A stretch of DNA of 64,000 bases from Anaerolineales bacterium. GTDB taxonomy: Bacteria > Chloroflexota > Anaerolineae > Anaerolineales > E44-bin32. Below the pieces are notes generated by a model. That model did no database searches, was not told the origin of the DNA, and was given only the letters and a program-made list of their open reading frames with translations. The position numbers and the translations under genes were made by a program. This document shows, in pieces, positions 9,789 to 19,971 of this stretch. The DNA is taken from contig JBBDZX010000005.1 in the NCBI GenBank assembly GCA_040899905.1, positions 809,763 through 873,762 of the forward strand. Reading direction: 5' to 3'. The first letter of the stretch is position 1. Each line of letters opens with the position of its first letter.

Positions 9789-10886
9789 TCAACCCGGCTG
9801 GGATAGCAGGCTCGGGACCTCCGCCGGCAGTTTCACCCACACCGCAGTGCCTTCCGGATAGAACTCGTCCGGACCGGGGTTGGACTGGTCGACAATCAGC
9901 TCGGTGCCGTCCGCCTCGACCACCACGCGGTAGCGCGCGATCGGGCCGATGTAAGCGAGGCTGCGGACCCGAGCGGGTACGCCGCCCTGCTCGGCGCGAG
10001 TGACTTGCAGCGCTTCCGGCCGCAGGACCATGGCCAAGCTGCCCGCTGGGTCTCTGGGCGGGCGGCGGCTCCGGACCGTGCGGCCGAAGACTTTCACCAC
10101 GGTCCCATCCTGCCGGGTCTCCACCAATTCCACCGGGACCACGTTGGACAGACCGACGAATTCGGCCACGAAACGGTCAGCCGGCTGCCGATAGAGTTCG
10201 CGCGGCGTTCCGAGCTGGACCAGCCTCCCCTGGTTCATGATGGCCACGACATCGGCGATGCTGAACGCCTCCTCCTGGTCGTGGGTCACGTACACGCTGG
10301 TGATCCCCAAGCGCCGCTGCACGTCGCGAATCTCGCTCCGCATCCGCACCCGAAGTTGCGCGTCCAAATTCGACAGCGGCTCGTCGAACAGCAGCACCTT
10401 GGGTCGGATGACCAGGGCCCGGGCCAGCGCCACACGCTGCTGCTGACCGCCCGAGAGCTGCGGCGGGGATTTCTTCTCGTTGCCCTGCAGCTCCATGAGT
10501 ACGATCGCTTCCCCCACCCGATGCTCGACCTCCGCCTTCGGCGTTCGCCGCGCCTTGAGACCGTAGGCGATGTTCTCGAAGACATTCATGTGCGGGAACA
10601 GGGCATAACTCTGAAAGACCAGGGCCGTGGGACGGGCGTAGGGCGGCACATCTGTGATGTCCTCCTCGCCGATCCGCACCCGGCCCCGGCTCGGTGTTTC
10701 AAAACCGGCGATCATCCGCAGCGTCGTCGTCTTCCCGCAACCGCTCGGCCCGAGAAGGCACACCAGCGTGCCGGCATCCACATGAAGGTTGACGTCACGG
10801 ACCGCGCGGAGATCGCTGAAGTCCTTGCTCAAGTCCTCCAGCGTGATGCTGGCGGTGGAAAACTGCTCTCTGGATTCCATCGTCAC
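9789..10886 (-). CDS. ABC transporter ATP-binding protein (FbpC/PotA type, TOBE domain)
   Basis: GPSGCGKTT, LSGGQQQR, FDEPLSNLD and VTHDQEEA motifs. Confidence 0.95.
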   Translation of the reverse strand: MTMESREQFSTASITLEDLSKDFSDLRAVRDVNLHVDAGTLVCLLGPSGCGKTTTLRMIAGFETPSRGRVRIGEEDITDVPPYARPTALVFQSYALFPHMNVFENIAYGLKARRTPKAEVEHRVGEAIVLMELQGNEKKSPPQLSGGQQQRVALARALVIRPKVLLFDEPLSNLDAQLRVRMRSEIRDVQRRLGITSVYVTHDQEEAFSIADVVAIMNQGRLVQLGTPRELYRQPADRFVAEFVGLSNVVPVELVETRQDGTVVKVFGRTVRSRRPPRDPAGSLAMVLRPEALQVTRAEQGGVPARVRSLAYIGPIARYRVVVEADGTELIVDQSNPGPDEFYPEGTAVWVKLPAEVPSLLSQPG

Positions 10887-12781
10887 ACCCTGAACAAATC
10901 GACGAAGCTCTTGCCCGTGATCCGACTGAGCAGGCCCAGGCCGATCAAAATGATCACCACCAGCAGGGCGGCGAAGGCGGCGGCTTCGCTCGGATTGCCG
11001 ACCACCATGATCCGGAACATCCGAACGGTGTACAGCTGGGTCCGGCCGGCGTTAAGGAACACGGCGGCGCTCAAGTCGGTCATCGAGTGGATGAAGATAT
11101 AGATCACGCCGGCGAAGAAGGCGCGGCTGAGAAGCGGGAAAGTAATGTGGGTGAAGGTGCGGATCCGGGAGGCGCCCAGATCCAGGGACGCTTCCTCCAG
11201 CGAGGGATCCAGCTGCTTCTGCGCCGCCACCGCGGTCCGCAGACCGACCGGCAGGCGCCGATAGGCGTAGGCAATAATGATGATGAAGAAAGTCCCCGTC
11301 CAGAAGTAGGGGGCGGCGTTGAATGCGATGATGTAGCCGATCCCCACCACCGTGCCCGGGATGGCGTACATCAGGGTGCCGGAGAAGTCCAAGATCCCCC
11401 GGCCCGGGAAACGCTCCCGGGCCACCAGCGAGGCCATAATGAGTCCGATGATCCCCCCCACCACGCCAGCCCCGACGGAGACGATCAGGGAGTTGCGGAG
11501 CTGGGGCATGGCCGTCACCAGGCCGACGAGATTCTTGGTGGAAGGGGTGAAGTCAAACCCCCAGACCCGGACCAGCGCGCCCACGAAGATCGATCCATAG
11601 ACCAGGATGGTGAAGGCGGCGAGGACGAACGTCATTCCGAACAGCGGCACTTTGAGCCCGACGGGCAAGACCCGGATGAAGCCGGTCCGGGCGCCACCGG
11701 TCACGGAGATGTACGACCGGCGGCTCGTGATCCAGTGCTGCAGGGCGAATGCGACCAGCGCCGGGATGAGCAAGATCATGGCCAAGGCCGCGCCCAATTG
11801 CAGATCGAAAAGCTCAATCAACTGGATGTACGCCTGGGTGGCCAGCACCTGGAAGCCGCCTCCGATGAGCATGGGGTTGCCAAAGTCGGCGATCGAGGAG
11901 ATGAAGCTGAGAAGCCAGGCGCTCAGGATGGCCGGTGTGACCAGCGGAAAGGTCACGGTCCTTAGCACATGCAGCGGGCGGCCGCCCAAGTCCCCAGCCG
12001 CGTCCTCCAGATCGCGATTGATGGAGGAGAAGACCGCCATGAGGATCAAGACCACCAGGGGGATGTCGCTGATCAGCTGCACCAGGACGATTCCATCCGC
12101 ACCGTAGATGCTCCAGCCTGTAATCCCCAGCAGGTCATAGGTGATCAACCCCCGACGGCCGAAGAGCATGATGAAGGCGTGGCTGACGGCGAATGGAGGC
12201 GAGACCAGGGGCAGGACCACCAGCACCCGCAGCAGCCGCTTCCAGGGAATGTCGCTCAGGGTCAGCGTGTAGGCCACCAGGGTTCCGATCACGGTGGCGA
12301 GGGTGGCGGAGATCGAGCCGATGAGGAGCGTATTGACCGAGGCGCGCGCCACCATCGGCGCCGCCAGCAGCTTTTCAAACTGCTGCAGGGTAAATCCTGT
12401 GGCGCCCTGGGCCGCCTTGAAACCTTCGACGAAGACTTGGGCCAGCGGCCAGAAGACAAAAAAGGCCAGCCCTGCAATCGTGAGCTGCAACGCCACCAGC
12501 AGGACCGGTTCGCGCCGCAGTTTCGACGACATGAACGGCAGGGCCATCCCCACCACGACCAGCGCCAGCAGAATCGGATCCCCGACCAGCTCGCGACGGA
12601 GGTGGATCGTCTCGAGATTCCCCACCGTCGTGCGGTAGTCCTCGACCACTCGAAGGTCGAAGACTTGGCTGGCCACGACCAGGAGAATCAGCACCTGAAC
12701 GGCGGCGCTGGCGAGCAGCGACAACCGGTAGCGATTCTGTTTTCCCAGACGGTCAAACCACGTGAGGCTCCGGGTCGCCAT
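10883..12781 (-). CDS. ABC transporter permease (FbpB/AfuB type, two fused TM domains)
   Basis: Two EAA-type loops (LEDAAGDLGG, LEEASLDLGA); DFGNPMLIGG. Confidence 0.93.
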   Translation of the reverse strand: MATRSLTWFDRLGKQNRYRLSLLASAAVQVLILLVVASQVFDLRVVEDYRTTVGNLETIHLRRELVGDPILLALVVVGMALPFMSSKLRREPVLLVALQLTIAGLAFFVFWPLAQVFVEGFKAAQGATGFTLQQFEKLLAAPMVARASVNTLLIGSISATLATVIGTLVAYTLTLSDIPWKRLLRVLVVLPLVSPPFAVSHAFIMLFGRRGLITYDLLGITGWSIYGADGIVLVQLISDIPLVVLILMAVFSSINRDLEDAAGDLGGRPLHVLRTVTFPLVTPAILSAWLLSFISSIADFGNPMLIGGGFQVLATQAYIQLIELFDLQLGAALAMILLIPALVAFALQHWITSRRSYISVTGGARTGFIRVLPVGLKVPLFGMTFVLAAFTILVYGSIFVGALVRVWGFDFTPSTKNLVGLVTAMPQLRNSLIVSVGAGVVGGIIGLIMASLVARERFPGRGILDFSGTLMYAIPGTVVGIGYIIAFNAAPYFWTGTFFIIIIAYAYRRLPVGLRTAVAAQKQLDPSLEEASLDLGASRIRTFTHITFPLLSRAFFAGVIYIFIHSMTDLSAAVFLNAGRTQLYTVRMFRIMVVGNPSEAAAFAALLVVIILIGLGLLSRITGKSFVDLFRV

Positions 12782-12818
12782 AGGTCAGTCCCTTGGCCGT
12801 GGCACGCTCGACGGGAAG

Positions 12819-12852
12819 GGATCTGGGGGCGAGCGGCCTCGCCCCCAGATCC
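12819..12852. other. Perfect 15-bp hairpin between the SBP and permease genes (mRNA stabiliser or partial terminator)
   Basis: GGATCTGGGGGCGAG-CGGC-CTCGCCCCCAGATCC; no U-tract. Confidence 0.7.
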
Positions 12853-12880
12853 TCGTTCTTGTCCGCCGCAACGCTCGAGG

Positions 12881-13975
12881 CTAACGCCCCGAGCCGATCT
12901 CCTCTTGCCAGCGGGCGACGAGCGCGTCGCGCAGTGCCGCCCACTCGGTCGGGTCGTACCCTTCGATGAGCAGCACATCCGCGAGGCCAACGGTGCCTTC
13001 CGCCAGATCGACGCCCGGCACGACCGGGATGCGGTGGGCCACATCGTTGTGGTAGCGCTGGAAGGCCGGCGTGAACACGTAGTCCACCCAGGCCTTAGCC
13101 GCGGCCAGGTTGCGCGCACCACGGATGACAGAAATGCCACCGATCTCGAAGGACGTTCCCTCGGAGGGGAAGCTGATCTCGACCGGCAAGCCGTTGTCCT
13201 GCTGCACCTGAATGTCATGGGTGAAGGCGATCCCTACTGCGAACTCGCCTTGCGCCGCAAGCCTTGCCGGCGCGCTGCCGGACTCGGTGTACTGCGCCAC
13301 GTTGGCGTCAAACTGGTGGTACCACTCGAAAGCTGCGTCCTCGCTGCCCAAGAGCTGGACCAGGCCGCTGAGGACGGTGTAGGAAGTTCCGGAGGCCGCC
13401 GGGCTGGCGATCACGATCTCACCGGCGTAGACCGGGTCCAGCAGGTCCTCCCAGGAGCTCGGACACTCGGCGCCAAGCTCCACCAGGCGTTCTGGGCTGC
13501 AGGCGAATCCGATCACCCCATAGTAGAAGCCGGTCCAGTTGCCATTGGGATCCTTGATGGCGCCGTCCGGCAGCAAGTTCCATCCCGTCCCCTTGTAGGG
13601 CTCCAGCAGACCATCCGCCGCCAGGTTGACATGCGAAAGATTGGTGGTCCCGAACAGCACATCGCCCTGAGGGTTTTCGCTCTCGGCGCGGATGCGCTCG
13701 AGAGCCTCACCGGAGCTCATGTCGAGGCAGGTGACGTCGACGCCATGCAGCTGCCGGAATGTCTCAAACAAGACCGCCAACTTATCGGGGTCGAAAAGAC
13801 ATGCGTACAGGGTGAGTTCGCCCCCGATAGGGGTGGGCGTCACCAGGAGCTCCACCTGTTGTGTGACGACGCGCTCGACCTCCACGGTCTGGACGATGGG
13901 AGTCGGCGCAGCGCATGCACCGAGTACCATGGCTCCCAGGACGACCAGCGTGGGGAACAACCATCGACGATTCAT
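12881..13975 (-). CDS. ABC substrate-binding lipoprotein (AfuA/FbpA-like)
   Basis: Lipobox VLGAC; MSSGEALERIRAE..NPQGDV.FG, SPAASGTSY and PSEGTSFEIGG; AAGGAGG RBS. Confidence 0.92.
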   Translation of the reverse strand: MNRRWLFPTLVVLGAMVLGACAAPTPIVQTVEVERVVTQQVELLVTPTPIGGELTLYACLFDPDKLAVLFETFRQLHGVDVTCLDMSSGEALERIRAESENPQGDVLFGTTNLSHVNLAADGLLEPYKGTGWNLLPDGAIKDPNGNWTGFYYGVIGFACSPERLVELGAECPSSWEDLLDPVYAGEIVIASPAASGTSYTVLSGLVQLLGSEDAAFEWYHQFDANVAQYTESGSAPARLAAQGEFAVGIAFTHDIQVQQDNGLPVEISFPSEGTSFEIGGISVIRGARNLAAAKAWVDYVFTPAFQRYHNDVAHRIPVVPGVDLAEGTVGLADVLLIEGYDPTEWAALRDALVARWQEEIGSGR

Positions 13976-13998
13976 GGATTCCTCTCCTCCTTGAAGGG

Positions 13999-14027
13999 GT
14001 GATACGGGATTCTGACAGGATTGTCAA
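13999..14027 (-). promoter_or_regulatory. Sigma70 promoter of the ABC operon with an overlapping TGACA-N4-TGTCA palindrome
   Basis: Minus strand TTGACA-17bp-TATCAC; inverted repeat at 14013-14026. Confidence 0.65.
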
Positions 14028-14153
14028 CGCAATGGTCCGGACGATTCACCTCCTGCTTGACCTCGGGGCATGACCCCCGGGATTGGCCCCTTTCACCGGA
14101 CTCGTGCGCCGCCCATGTACGTGGCGGCAAGGCCCCCGTCCGTTCCGTGCCGC

Positions 14154-15104
14154 TCACGCCATCGTGCGCGGCACGAGGTCCGTCAAGAACGTCACGCTCT
14201 TCTCGATCCCTTCGCGCGGGCTCATCAGCTGGTCCTCATGCTCGATGCTCAAGACCCCGTCGAAGCCCGACATGCGCAAGGAGGCAAGGAAGCTGCGCCA
14301 GAAGAATGCGTCGTGACCAAAGCCCAGCGTCACATACTCCCAGGATCGGATGCCTGGCGCCGCCATGGGCCGCGTGTCCAACGATCCGTTGAGCGCCATC
14401 TCGGGGCCGTTGATGCGGGTGTCCTTGGCGTGGACGTGGAAGATCGCGCCCTCGCCCAGGGCCCTGACGACGGCCACGGGGTCGATCATCTGGAAGAAGA
14501 AATGGCTGGGGTCCAGATTGGCGCCGACGGTCTGGTCGCCGCAGACCTGGCGCAGACGCTCCAGAGTCCGGAAATTATATACAGCCTGTCCGGGATGGGC
14601 CTCGATGGCGATGCGCACCCCTAGGTCGCGGGCCTCCTGGGAAGCCGAGCTCCAAAAGGGTGCGATCTCCCCTTCCCATTGCCGATCGAGAAGTTCAAGG
14701 TACTCGCGCTGCCAGGTGCACGTCACCCAGTTGGGCGAGGTCCCTCCCTCGAGGTCCCCGGGGCAGCCGCTCATCGTCACGACGGTTCCAATCCCCAGGT
14801 GGCTGGCGGCCTTCAACGTCCGGTGGAAGACGAGCTGGGCCGTCTCGCGACGCCGGGGATGGGGGTCGAGCAGGTTGCCGTTGCAATTCAGGGCGCTGAC
14901 GGTCAACCCGCGGGTCTCCACGGCGCTGCGAAACAGGCGGCGTGCGTCCTGGCTTTGAACGAGGTTCTCCAAATCGCAGTGCGGAGCGGGCGAGAAGTTG
15001 CCGGTTCCGATTTCCACCGCCTCAATCCCGTGTTCCGCGGCCCAATCCAGCGCCTGCTCGAAGGCCATGTCCGCCAGCGAATCGGTGAACAGTCCGATCT
15101 TCAT
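14154..15104 (-). CDS. Sugar phosphate isomerase/epimerase (inosose isomerase-like)
   Basis: MKIGLFTD start in an ATGA overlap; EAHPG, NLDPSH, HVHAKD and SIEHED motifs. Confidence 0.88.
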   Translation of the reverse strand: MKIGLFTDSLADMAFEQALDWAAEHGIEAVEIGTGNFSPAPHCDLENLVQSQDARRLFRSAVETRGLTVSALNCNGNLLDPHPRRRETAQLVFHRTLKAASHLGIGTVVTMSGCPGDLEGGTSPNWVTCTWQREYLELLDRQWEGEIAPFWSSASQEARDLGVRIAIEAHPGQAVYNFRTLERLRQVCGDQTVGANLDPSHFFFQMIDPVAVVRALGEGAIFHVHAKDTRINGPEMALNGSLDTRPMAAPGIRSWEYVTLGFGHDAFFWRSFLASLRMSGFDGVLSIEHEDQLMSPREGIEKSVTFLTDLVPRTMA

Positions 15105-16267
15105 GCGACAGGTCTCGCTCCCGTTCCCAGCCCAAACAGACGCCGTCGGAGCAGCGAGCTTGAATCCCAGGCCGGCAGCTCTTTCAGCCCTTCCCAACCT
15201 CGCGCATGCAGGGGGTCGGCCGGATGCAACGGCAACTCGATGACCCGGCCTGTCAGAGCCGAAGCATAACTGGCCAGCGCGGTCTCAAGCGCGCGCAGCC
15301 CGGACTCGGCGGGGGCGATCGGCCAGCCCCCTTCGGACACGGCGGAGGCGAAGTCCTTATGGAGTTCCTGGAAAGTCGTCAGCGTAGGCGAGGTCCACCC
15401 GGGCTGGCTCCGTTCGATCCCTCTGGGGGTGACCACCTCCACTTCCGCCACTTCGGCGAACGGGCCGGTCTGGTGGTCCCGATAGTACACGAGCATCCGG
15501 CCGTCCGAGCCGGTGACCTCGATTCCCCCCGGGCCGTGGCCCCACCCCAAGGCAATGGTGGCGTAGGATCGCTCAAAATGCAATTGGAGGAGTGCCAGGT
15601 CCTCCACATCGCCGTCGGCGTACGCCAGGTTGTCGATCACCGCACCGACGGCGCGGATCCGGTCGCCCGCCAGGTACTCAGCCACGTACAACACATGGAT
15701 CATGTCCATCAGGATCCCGCCCCCGGCCTCCGACGCATCGTGCCGCCAGAGTGGACGGTACTCGGGATGACCCGGATAGTCCGGCACACCCATGAACTGC
15801 AGGCCGACGTGGCGCACCTGTCCGAGATCGCCTGCGGCGATCCTATCTCGAACCGCGATGTATTCCGGATAGAACAGGTAGTTGTGCACCATCCCAAAGC
15901 GCAGATTGGCAGCCAAGGCTTGGTCGATCAACGCACGAGCCTCCTGCGGGCGCAGGGCCAGGGGCTTCTCGCACAGCACGTGGATTCCGGCGCTAAGGCA
16001 ATCCTGGAGGATCGAGCCCCGCGCACCGGGGGGCACCGCCACCAGCACATAGTCCAACCGACCGGACTCGAGCATCGCGCGGTACGAAGCGTACGCCGCC
16101 GAATCAGGGAGCCCGAGCGCCTCCTGGGCTTCCCTGCGCCGCGAATCCACTGGGTCGGCCACGGCCTCCACCCTCATCGCGGTGAGCAGCCGAAGGGCGG
16201 GCACGTGGCCGCGGACAGTCACGAACCCGCAGCCGATAATGCCCATGCGAAGGGTGGGGGTGCTCAT
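15101..16267 (-). CDS. Gfo/Idh/MocA family oxidoreductase
   Basis: GIIGCG, VLCEKPLA and GGGILMDMIH motifs. Confidence 0.92.
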   Translation of the reverse strand: MSTPTLRMGIIGCGFVTVRGHVPALRLLTAMRVEAVADPVDSRRREAQEALGLPDSAAYASYRAMLESGRLDYVLVAVPPGARGSILQDCLSAGIHVLCEKPLALRPQEARALIDQALAANLRFGMVHNYLFYPEYIAVRDRIAAGDLGQVRHVGLQFMGVPDYPGHPEYRPLWRHDASEAGGGILMDMIHVLYVAEYLAGDRIRAVGAVIDNLAYADGDVEDLALLQLHFERSYATIALGWGHGPGGIEVTGSDGRMLVYYRDHQTGPFAEVAEVEVVTPRGIERSQPGWTSPTLTTFQELHKDFASAVSEGGWPIAPAESGLRALETALASYASALTGRVIELPLHPADPLHARGWEGLKELPAWDSSSLLRRRLFGLGTGARPVA

Positions 16268-16354
16268 CGATGTCTCTCTGCTCCGATGGGATACTCACGG
16301 GTGACCTGGCGCCCGCCCACGCCGCGGGAGGTTTGGCCCGGAGGCGGGCCCCGC

Positions 16355-17386
16355 TCAGGCTGTGCTGGAGATCTCGCTCAGTCTGACGGGCCGTCTCTCC
16401 TCGACAGACCTGCGAGCTGCCAGGCCCATGACGACCGGGATTCTTCCATCCACGCCGGACACCTCCGGTCGGCGGCCCGCCATCACACAATCCACGAACG
16501 ATCGCATCTCGGCCAGGTACGACTCCTGGTAGCGTTCAAGGAAGAAGTACAGCGGACGCGGGCCATGCACGCCGGTGGCATCGCTGTGGGTATGGCGGTC
16601 CGGGGTTTCATTGCCGGCGGCGGCCATCCCGAGGGATCCAAAGACCTCCACCCGCTGGTCGTACCCGTACGCGGCTTTGCGGCTGTTATCGATCGCCCCC
16701 AGGGCTCCATTGGCAAAGCGCAGCGTGATCAGCGCCGTGTCGAGGTCTCCCGCCTGTCCGATGGCCGGATCCACCAGGACTCCGCCGACGGCGTAGATCT
16801 CCTCGACCTCGCTTCCCACCAGGAAGCGAGCCATATCAAAATCATGGATCGTCATGTCCAGGAAGATTCCGCCAGAAACCTTGACGTACTCCATCGGCGG
16901 CGGCTCGGGGTCGCGGCTGGTGATGCGCAGGAAGTGCGGGCTGCCGATCTTGCCCGACGCCACCAAGTCGTGCACCGCGCGGAAACCTGGGTCGAATCGG
17001 CGGTTGAACCCGATCTGCAGCGAGACGCCTGCCTGCTCCACTGCCCGCAGGGCCTGGTCGATACGGGCCAGGTCGAAGTCGATAGGTTTCTCGCAGAAGA
17101 TGTGCTTGCCGGCTCGAGCCGCTTCGGTGATGAGCCGGGCGTGGGTGTCGGTGGCGGAACAGATGGCCACCGCCTCGATCGAGGGGTCCGCCAATAGCTC
17201 CTGGGCCTCCCGAAAGGCCCGGGGGATGTGGAACTGATCGACGATCTGCCTGGCCGCCCCCTCGTCGATGTCGGCCACCGCCGCCAGGTTCGCACGGGGG
17301 ACGCTGGCGGCAAGGTTTTGGGCGTGGATCCGGCCAATCCGCCCTGCGCCGATTAAGCCTACCGAAAGACTGTCCCGAGGACTCAT
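16355..17386 (-). CDS. iolG: Inositol 2-dehydrogenase
   Basis: GAGRIG, CEKP, GFNRRFDP, SRDP, SGGIFLDMTIHDFD and YGYDQRVEV; start taken at MSPRDSLSVG. Confidence 0.92.
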   Translation of the reverse strand: MSPRDSLSVGLIGAGRIGRIHAQNLAASVPRANLAAVADIDEGAARQIVDQFHIPRAFREAQELLADPSIEAVAICSATDTHARLITEAARAGKHIFCEKPIDFDLARIDQALRAVEQAGVSLQIGFNRRFDPGFRAVHDLVASGKIGSPHFLRITSRDPEPPPMEYVKVSGGIFLDMTIHDFDMARFLVGSEVEEIYAVGGVLVDPAIGQAGDLDTALITLRFANGALGAIDNSRKAAYGYDQRVEVFGSLGMAAAGNETPDRHTHSDATGVHGPRPLYFFLERYQESYLAEMRSFVDCVMAGRRPEVSGVDGRIPVVMGLAARRSVEERRPVRLSEISSTA

Positions 17387-17409
17387 ACGCGAGCTCCGAT
17401 GACGTCGGC

Positions 17410-18312
17410 TCAAATCCCGATGGATCGCAGGTATGCCCGGTTCCGCTCGGCGCTTTCCTTGGGGGTCCCCATTCCGGGAAGAACGTCCTGCTCCACGACG
17501 ATCCAACCGGCGTACCCGACCCGCTGCAACGCGTCCAGCACCGCCGGGAAGTCCACCTCCCCATGTCCCAGCTCGCAGAACACACCCCGGCTAACCGATT
17601 CAAAATAGCCCCAGCCTTCCGCCCGGGAGCGCTCTGCCACCTTGGGATGACAGTCTTTGAAGTGCACATGCCGGATGCGGTGGGCATGTCGTCGCACCGC
17701 CTCGGCCGGGTCACCGCCTCCGAAACGGTAGTGGCCTGTGTCCAGACACAGACCGACAAGCTCGGGGTCGGTGAGGCCGAGGAGTCGATCGACTTCCTCC
17801 GGGGTCTCCACGTAGCCCCCGCAGTGGTGGTGGAATGCGGTTCGCAAGCCGCTCTGCTGAAGGACTGCTTGTGCGATCCGGTCCGCGCCTCCGGCAAGGA
17901 CCTCCCACTGGAGGTCGGACAGTCCATGGGCCGGGTGGATCCGACCCGCATTCTGGGCGCGCACCTCCGATCGCCCATTGTCGTCCGAGAGAATTAACCA
18001 AGGGGCAGAGCCGGCCGCACCCGCCATCAATCGGGCGGTTCGCAAAGCAATCCGCTCGCCGGATTCATGCGCCTCCCGATCGGACAGGGCCACCGGCACG
18101 AAGCCCCCCACCAGGGTCATGCTTCGCTTCTCCAGCTCTCGCCGAAGCGTCTGCGGGTCTTCCGGCAGAAAACCCCAATCCCCCAGTTCGGTTCCGGCGT
18201 AGCCCGCGCCGCGAATCTCGTCCAACACCGAATCGTAGGAGGGGCCGCCTTTTCCCAACGAAAACTCCAGGACCCCCCACGATACCGGTGCGTTGGCTAC
18301 GCGCACGCGCAA
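17410..18312 (-). CDS. iolE: Myo-inosose-2 dehydratase-like TIM-barrel protein
   Basis: ANAPVSWGV, GTELG, FHHH, DTGH, HVHFKD and VVEQD motifs; TTG start after GGGAGG; iol context. Confidence 0.8.
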   Translation of the reverse strand: MRVRVANAPVSWGVLEFSLGKGGPSYDSVLDEIRGAGYAGTELGDWGFLPEDPQTLRRELEKRSMTLVGGFVPVALSDREAHESGERIALRTARLMAGAAGSAPWLILSDDNGRSEVRAQNAGRIHPAHGLSDLQWEVLAGGADRIAQAVLQQSGLRTAFHHHCGGYVETPEEVDRLLGLTDPELVGLCLDTGHYRFGGGDPAEAVRRHAHRIRHVHFKDCHPKVAERSRAEGWGYFESVSRGVFCELGHGEVDFPAVLDALQRVGYAGWIVVEQDVLPGMGTPKESAERNRAYLRSIGI

Positions 18313-18433
18313 TGCCTCCCCACGCCCCTGCACCCGCGGCCGGTTCGCGGGTCCGCCGTCGCAGTCGGCGGCGCGGCGCGAGGGGGCCGGCGGTTCACCC
18401 CGCGGCTCGGGGTGGGCGGGCCGGATCCGACGA

Positions 18434-19903
18434 TCAGAATTTCCGAGTCCACTCGCTCGGCCAGCGCTCCACTACGACCTTCTCCTGGGTGAAGAACTCG
18501 ACCGCATCCTTGCCCTGGCCGTGCAGCACTCCGAAGAAACTCCCCTTCCACCCGCTGAACGGGAAGAAAGCCATGGGCGCTGCCACGCCGATGTTGATGC
18601 CGATGTTGCCCACCTCGGCCTCATGCCGGAATCTTCTGGCCTCCGCGCCACTGCCCGTGAACAGGCTGGCCATGTTCCCATATTGCCCACGATTGACGAG
18701 GGCGATGGCGTCTTCGACCGTGTCCACATGCATCAGGCCCAGGACGGGGCCGAAGATTTCGTTCTGGAACACTTCTCCCGTCGGGGGCACTCCGTCCAAC
18801 ACCGTTGGACCCACGAAATTGCCACGCTCAAAGCGAGGCACCACCTCCCCGCGCCCGTCGACGAGAACCTTCGCTCCCTCCTGGGCGCCCCTCTCGATCC
18901 AGCCTTCAATGCGGCCCTTGGCCTGCGGCGAGATCACCGGACCCATCTCCACCCCGTCCTCCAGGCCGTACCCGACCACTCGCTCGGAAGCGGCCTGGGC
19001 GATGGCCTCCGTGAATCGGCTCTGCGCCTCTCCGACGGTCACCGCCAGGGAGGCCGCCAGGCAGCGCTGCCCGGCATTCCCGAAGGCGCTGTCAGCGACA
19101 ATGCGGACCGTGGATTCCATATCGGCGTCCGGCAGAATCAGGATGGGATTCTTGGCCCCTCCCTGCACCTGTGCCCGTTTGCCGTTGGCCGCCGCCCGGG
19201 CGTATACGTGCCGGGCCACCGGAGTGGATCCGACAAAACTAATGGCTTGGATGGAGGGGTGGTCGAGGATCGCATCCACAGCCTCGGCCGAGCCGTGGAC
19301 CAGGTTGAGCACGCCCTTGGGGAACGCCACCTGCTCCAGAAGTTCGAAAACGCGGACACTGGTCAGCGGCACTCTCTCCGAAGGCTTCAGGATATAGGTG
19401 TTGCCGCAGGCAATCGCATACGGAAGGAACCAGAATGGGATCATGCCGGGAAAGTTGAAAGGGCAGATGGCCGCGCCCACGCCCACAGGCTGGCGAATCA
19501 TGGTTTCATCGATCCCGCGAGCGATGTCCTCCGAGTTGTAACCCTGGATCAAGGACGGGATTCCGCAGGCCACCTCGACATTCTCGATCGCCCGGCGCAA
19601 TTCTCCGCGCGACTCTTCCAGAGTCTTGCCATTCTCCACGGTGATGGTACGAGCCAGTTCCTGAAAGTGCTCCTCCATCAGCGACTTGAGCTTGAATAGA
19701 TACTGCACCCTCTCCACGGCCGGCGTGCGCCGCCATTCCGGGAAGGCTCTGGCCGCCGCGCGGGCAGCCCGGTCTACATCCGCCGCCGTGGACAACGGCG
19801 CCTCGCCTACCACCTCTGCCGTGGCGGGATTGACAACCGGCGTCCACGCCTGCACCGAGGGTTCCACCCACTGCCCATCGATGAAGTTCATCACGCGCTG
19901 CAT
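18434..19903 (-). CDS. iolA: CoA-acylating (methyl)malonate-semialdehyde dehydrogenase
   Basis: [37 protein letters not shown] and [10 protein letters not shown]; start at [10 protein letters not shown]. Confidence 0.93.
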   Translation of the reverse strand: MQRVMNFIDGQWVEPSVQAWTPVVNPATAEVVGEAPLSTAADVDRAARAAARAFPEWRRTPAVERVQYLFKLKSLMEEHFQELARTITVENGKTLEESRGELRRAIENVEVACGIPSLIQGYNSEDIARGIDETMIRQPVGVGAAICPFNFPGMIPFWFLPYAIACGNTYILKPSERVPLTSVRVFELLEQVAFPKGVLNLVHGSAEAVDAILDHPSIQAISFVGSTPVARHVYARAAANGKRAQVQGGAKNPILILPDADMESTVRIVADSAFGNAGQRCLAASLAVTVGEAQSRFTEAIAQAASERVVGYGLEDGVEMGPVISPQAKGRIEGWIERGAQEGAKVLVDGRGEVVPRFERGNFVGPTVLDGVPPTGEVFQNEIFGPVLGLMHVDTVEDAIALVNRGQYGNMASLFTGSGAEARRFRHEAEVGNIGINIGVAAPMAFFPFSGWKGSFFGVLHGQGKDAVEFFTQEKVVVERWPSEWTRKF

Positions 19904-19971
19904 CGAAGTCTCTCCGCCGCAGTCACCGCCAACCTCGCCCCTGTCCAGGACCCGGCAGGCGCACTCGCCGG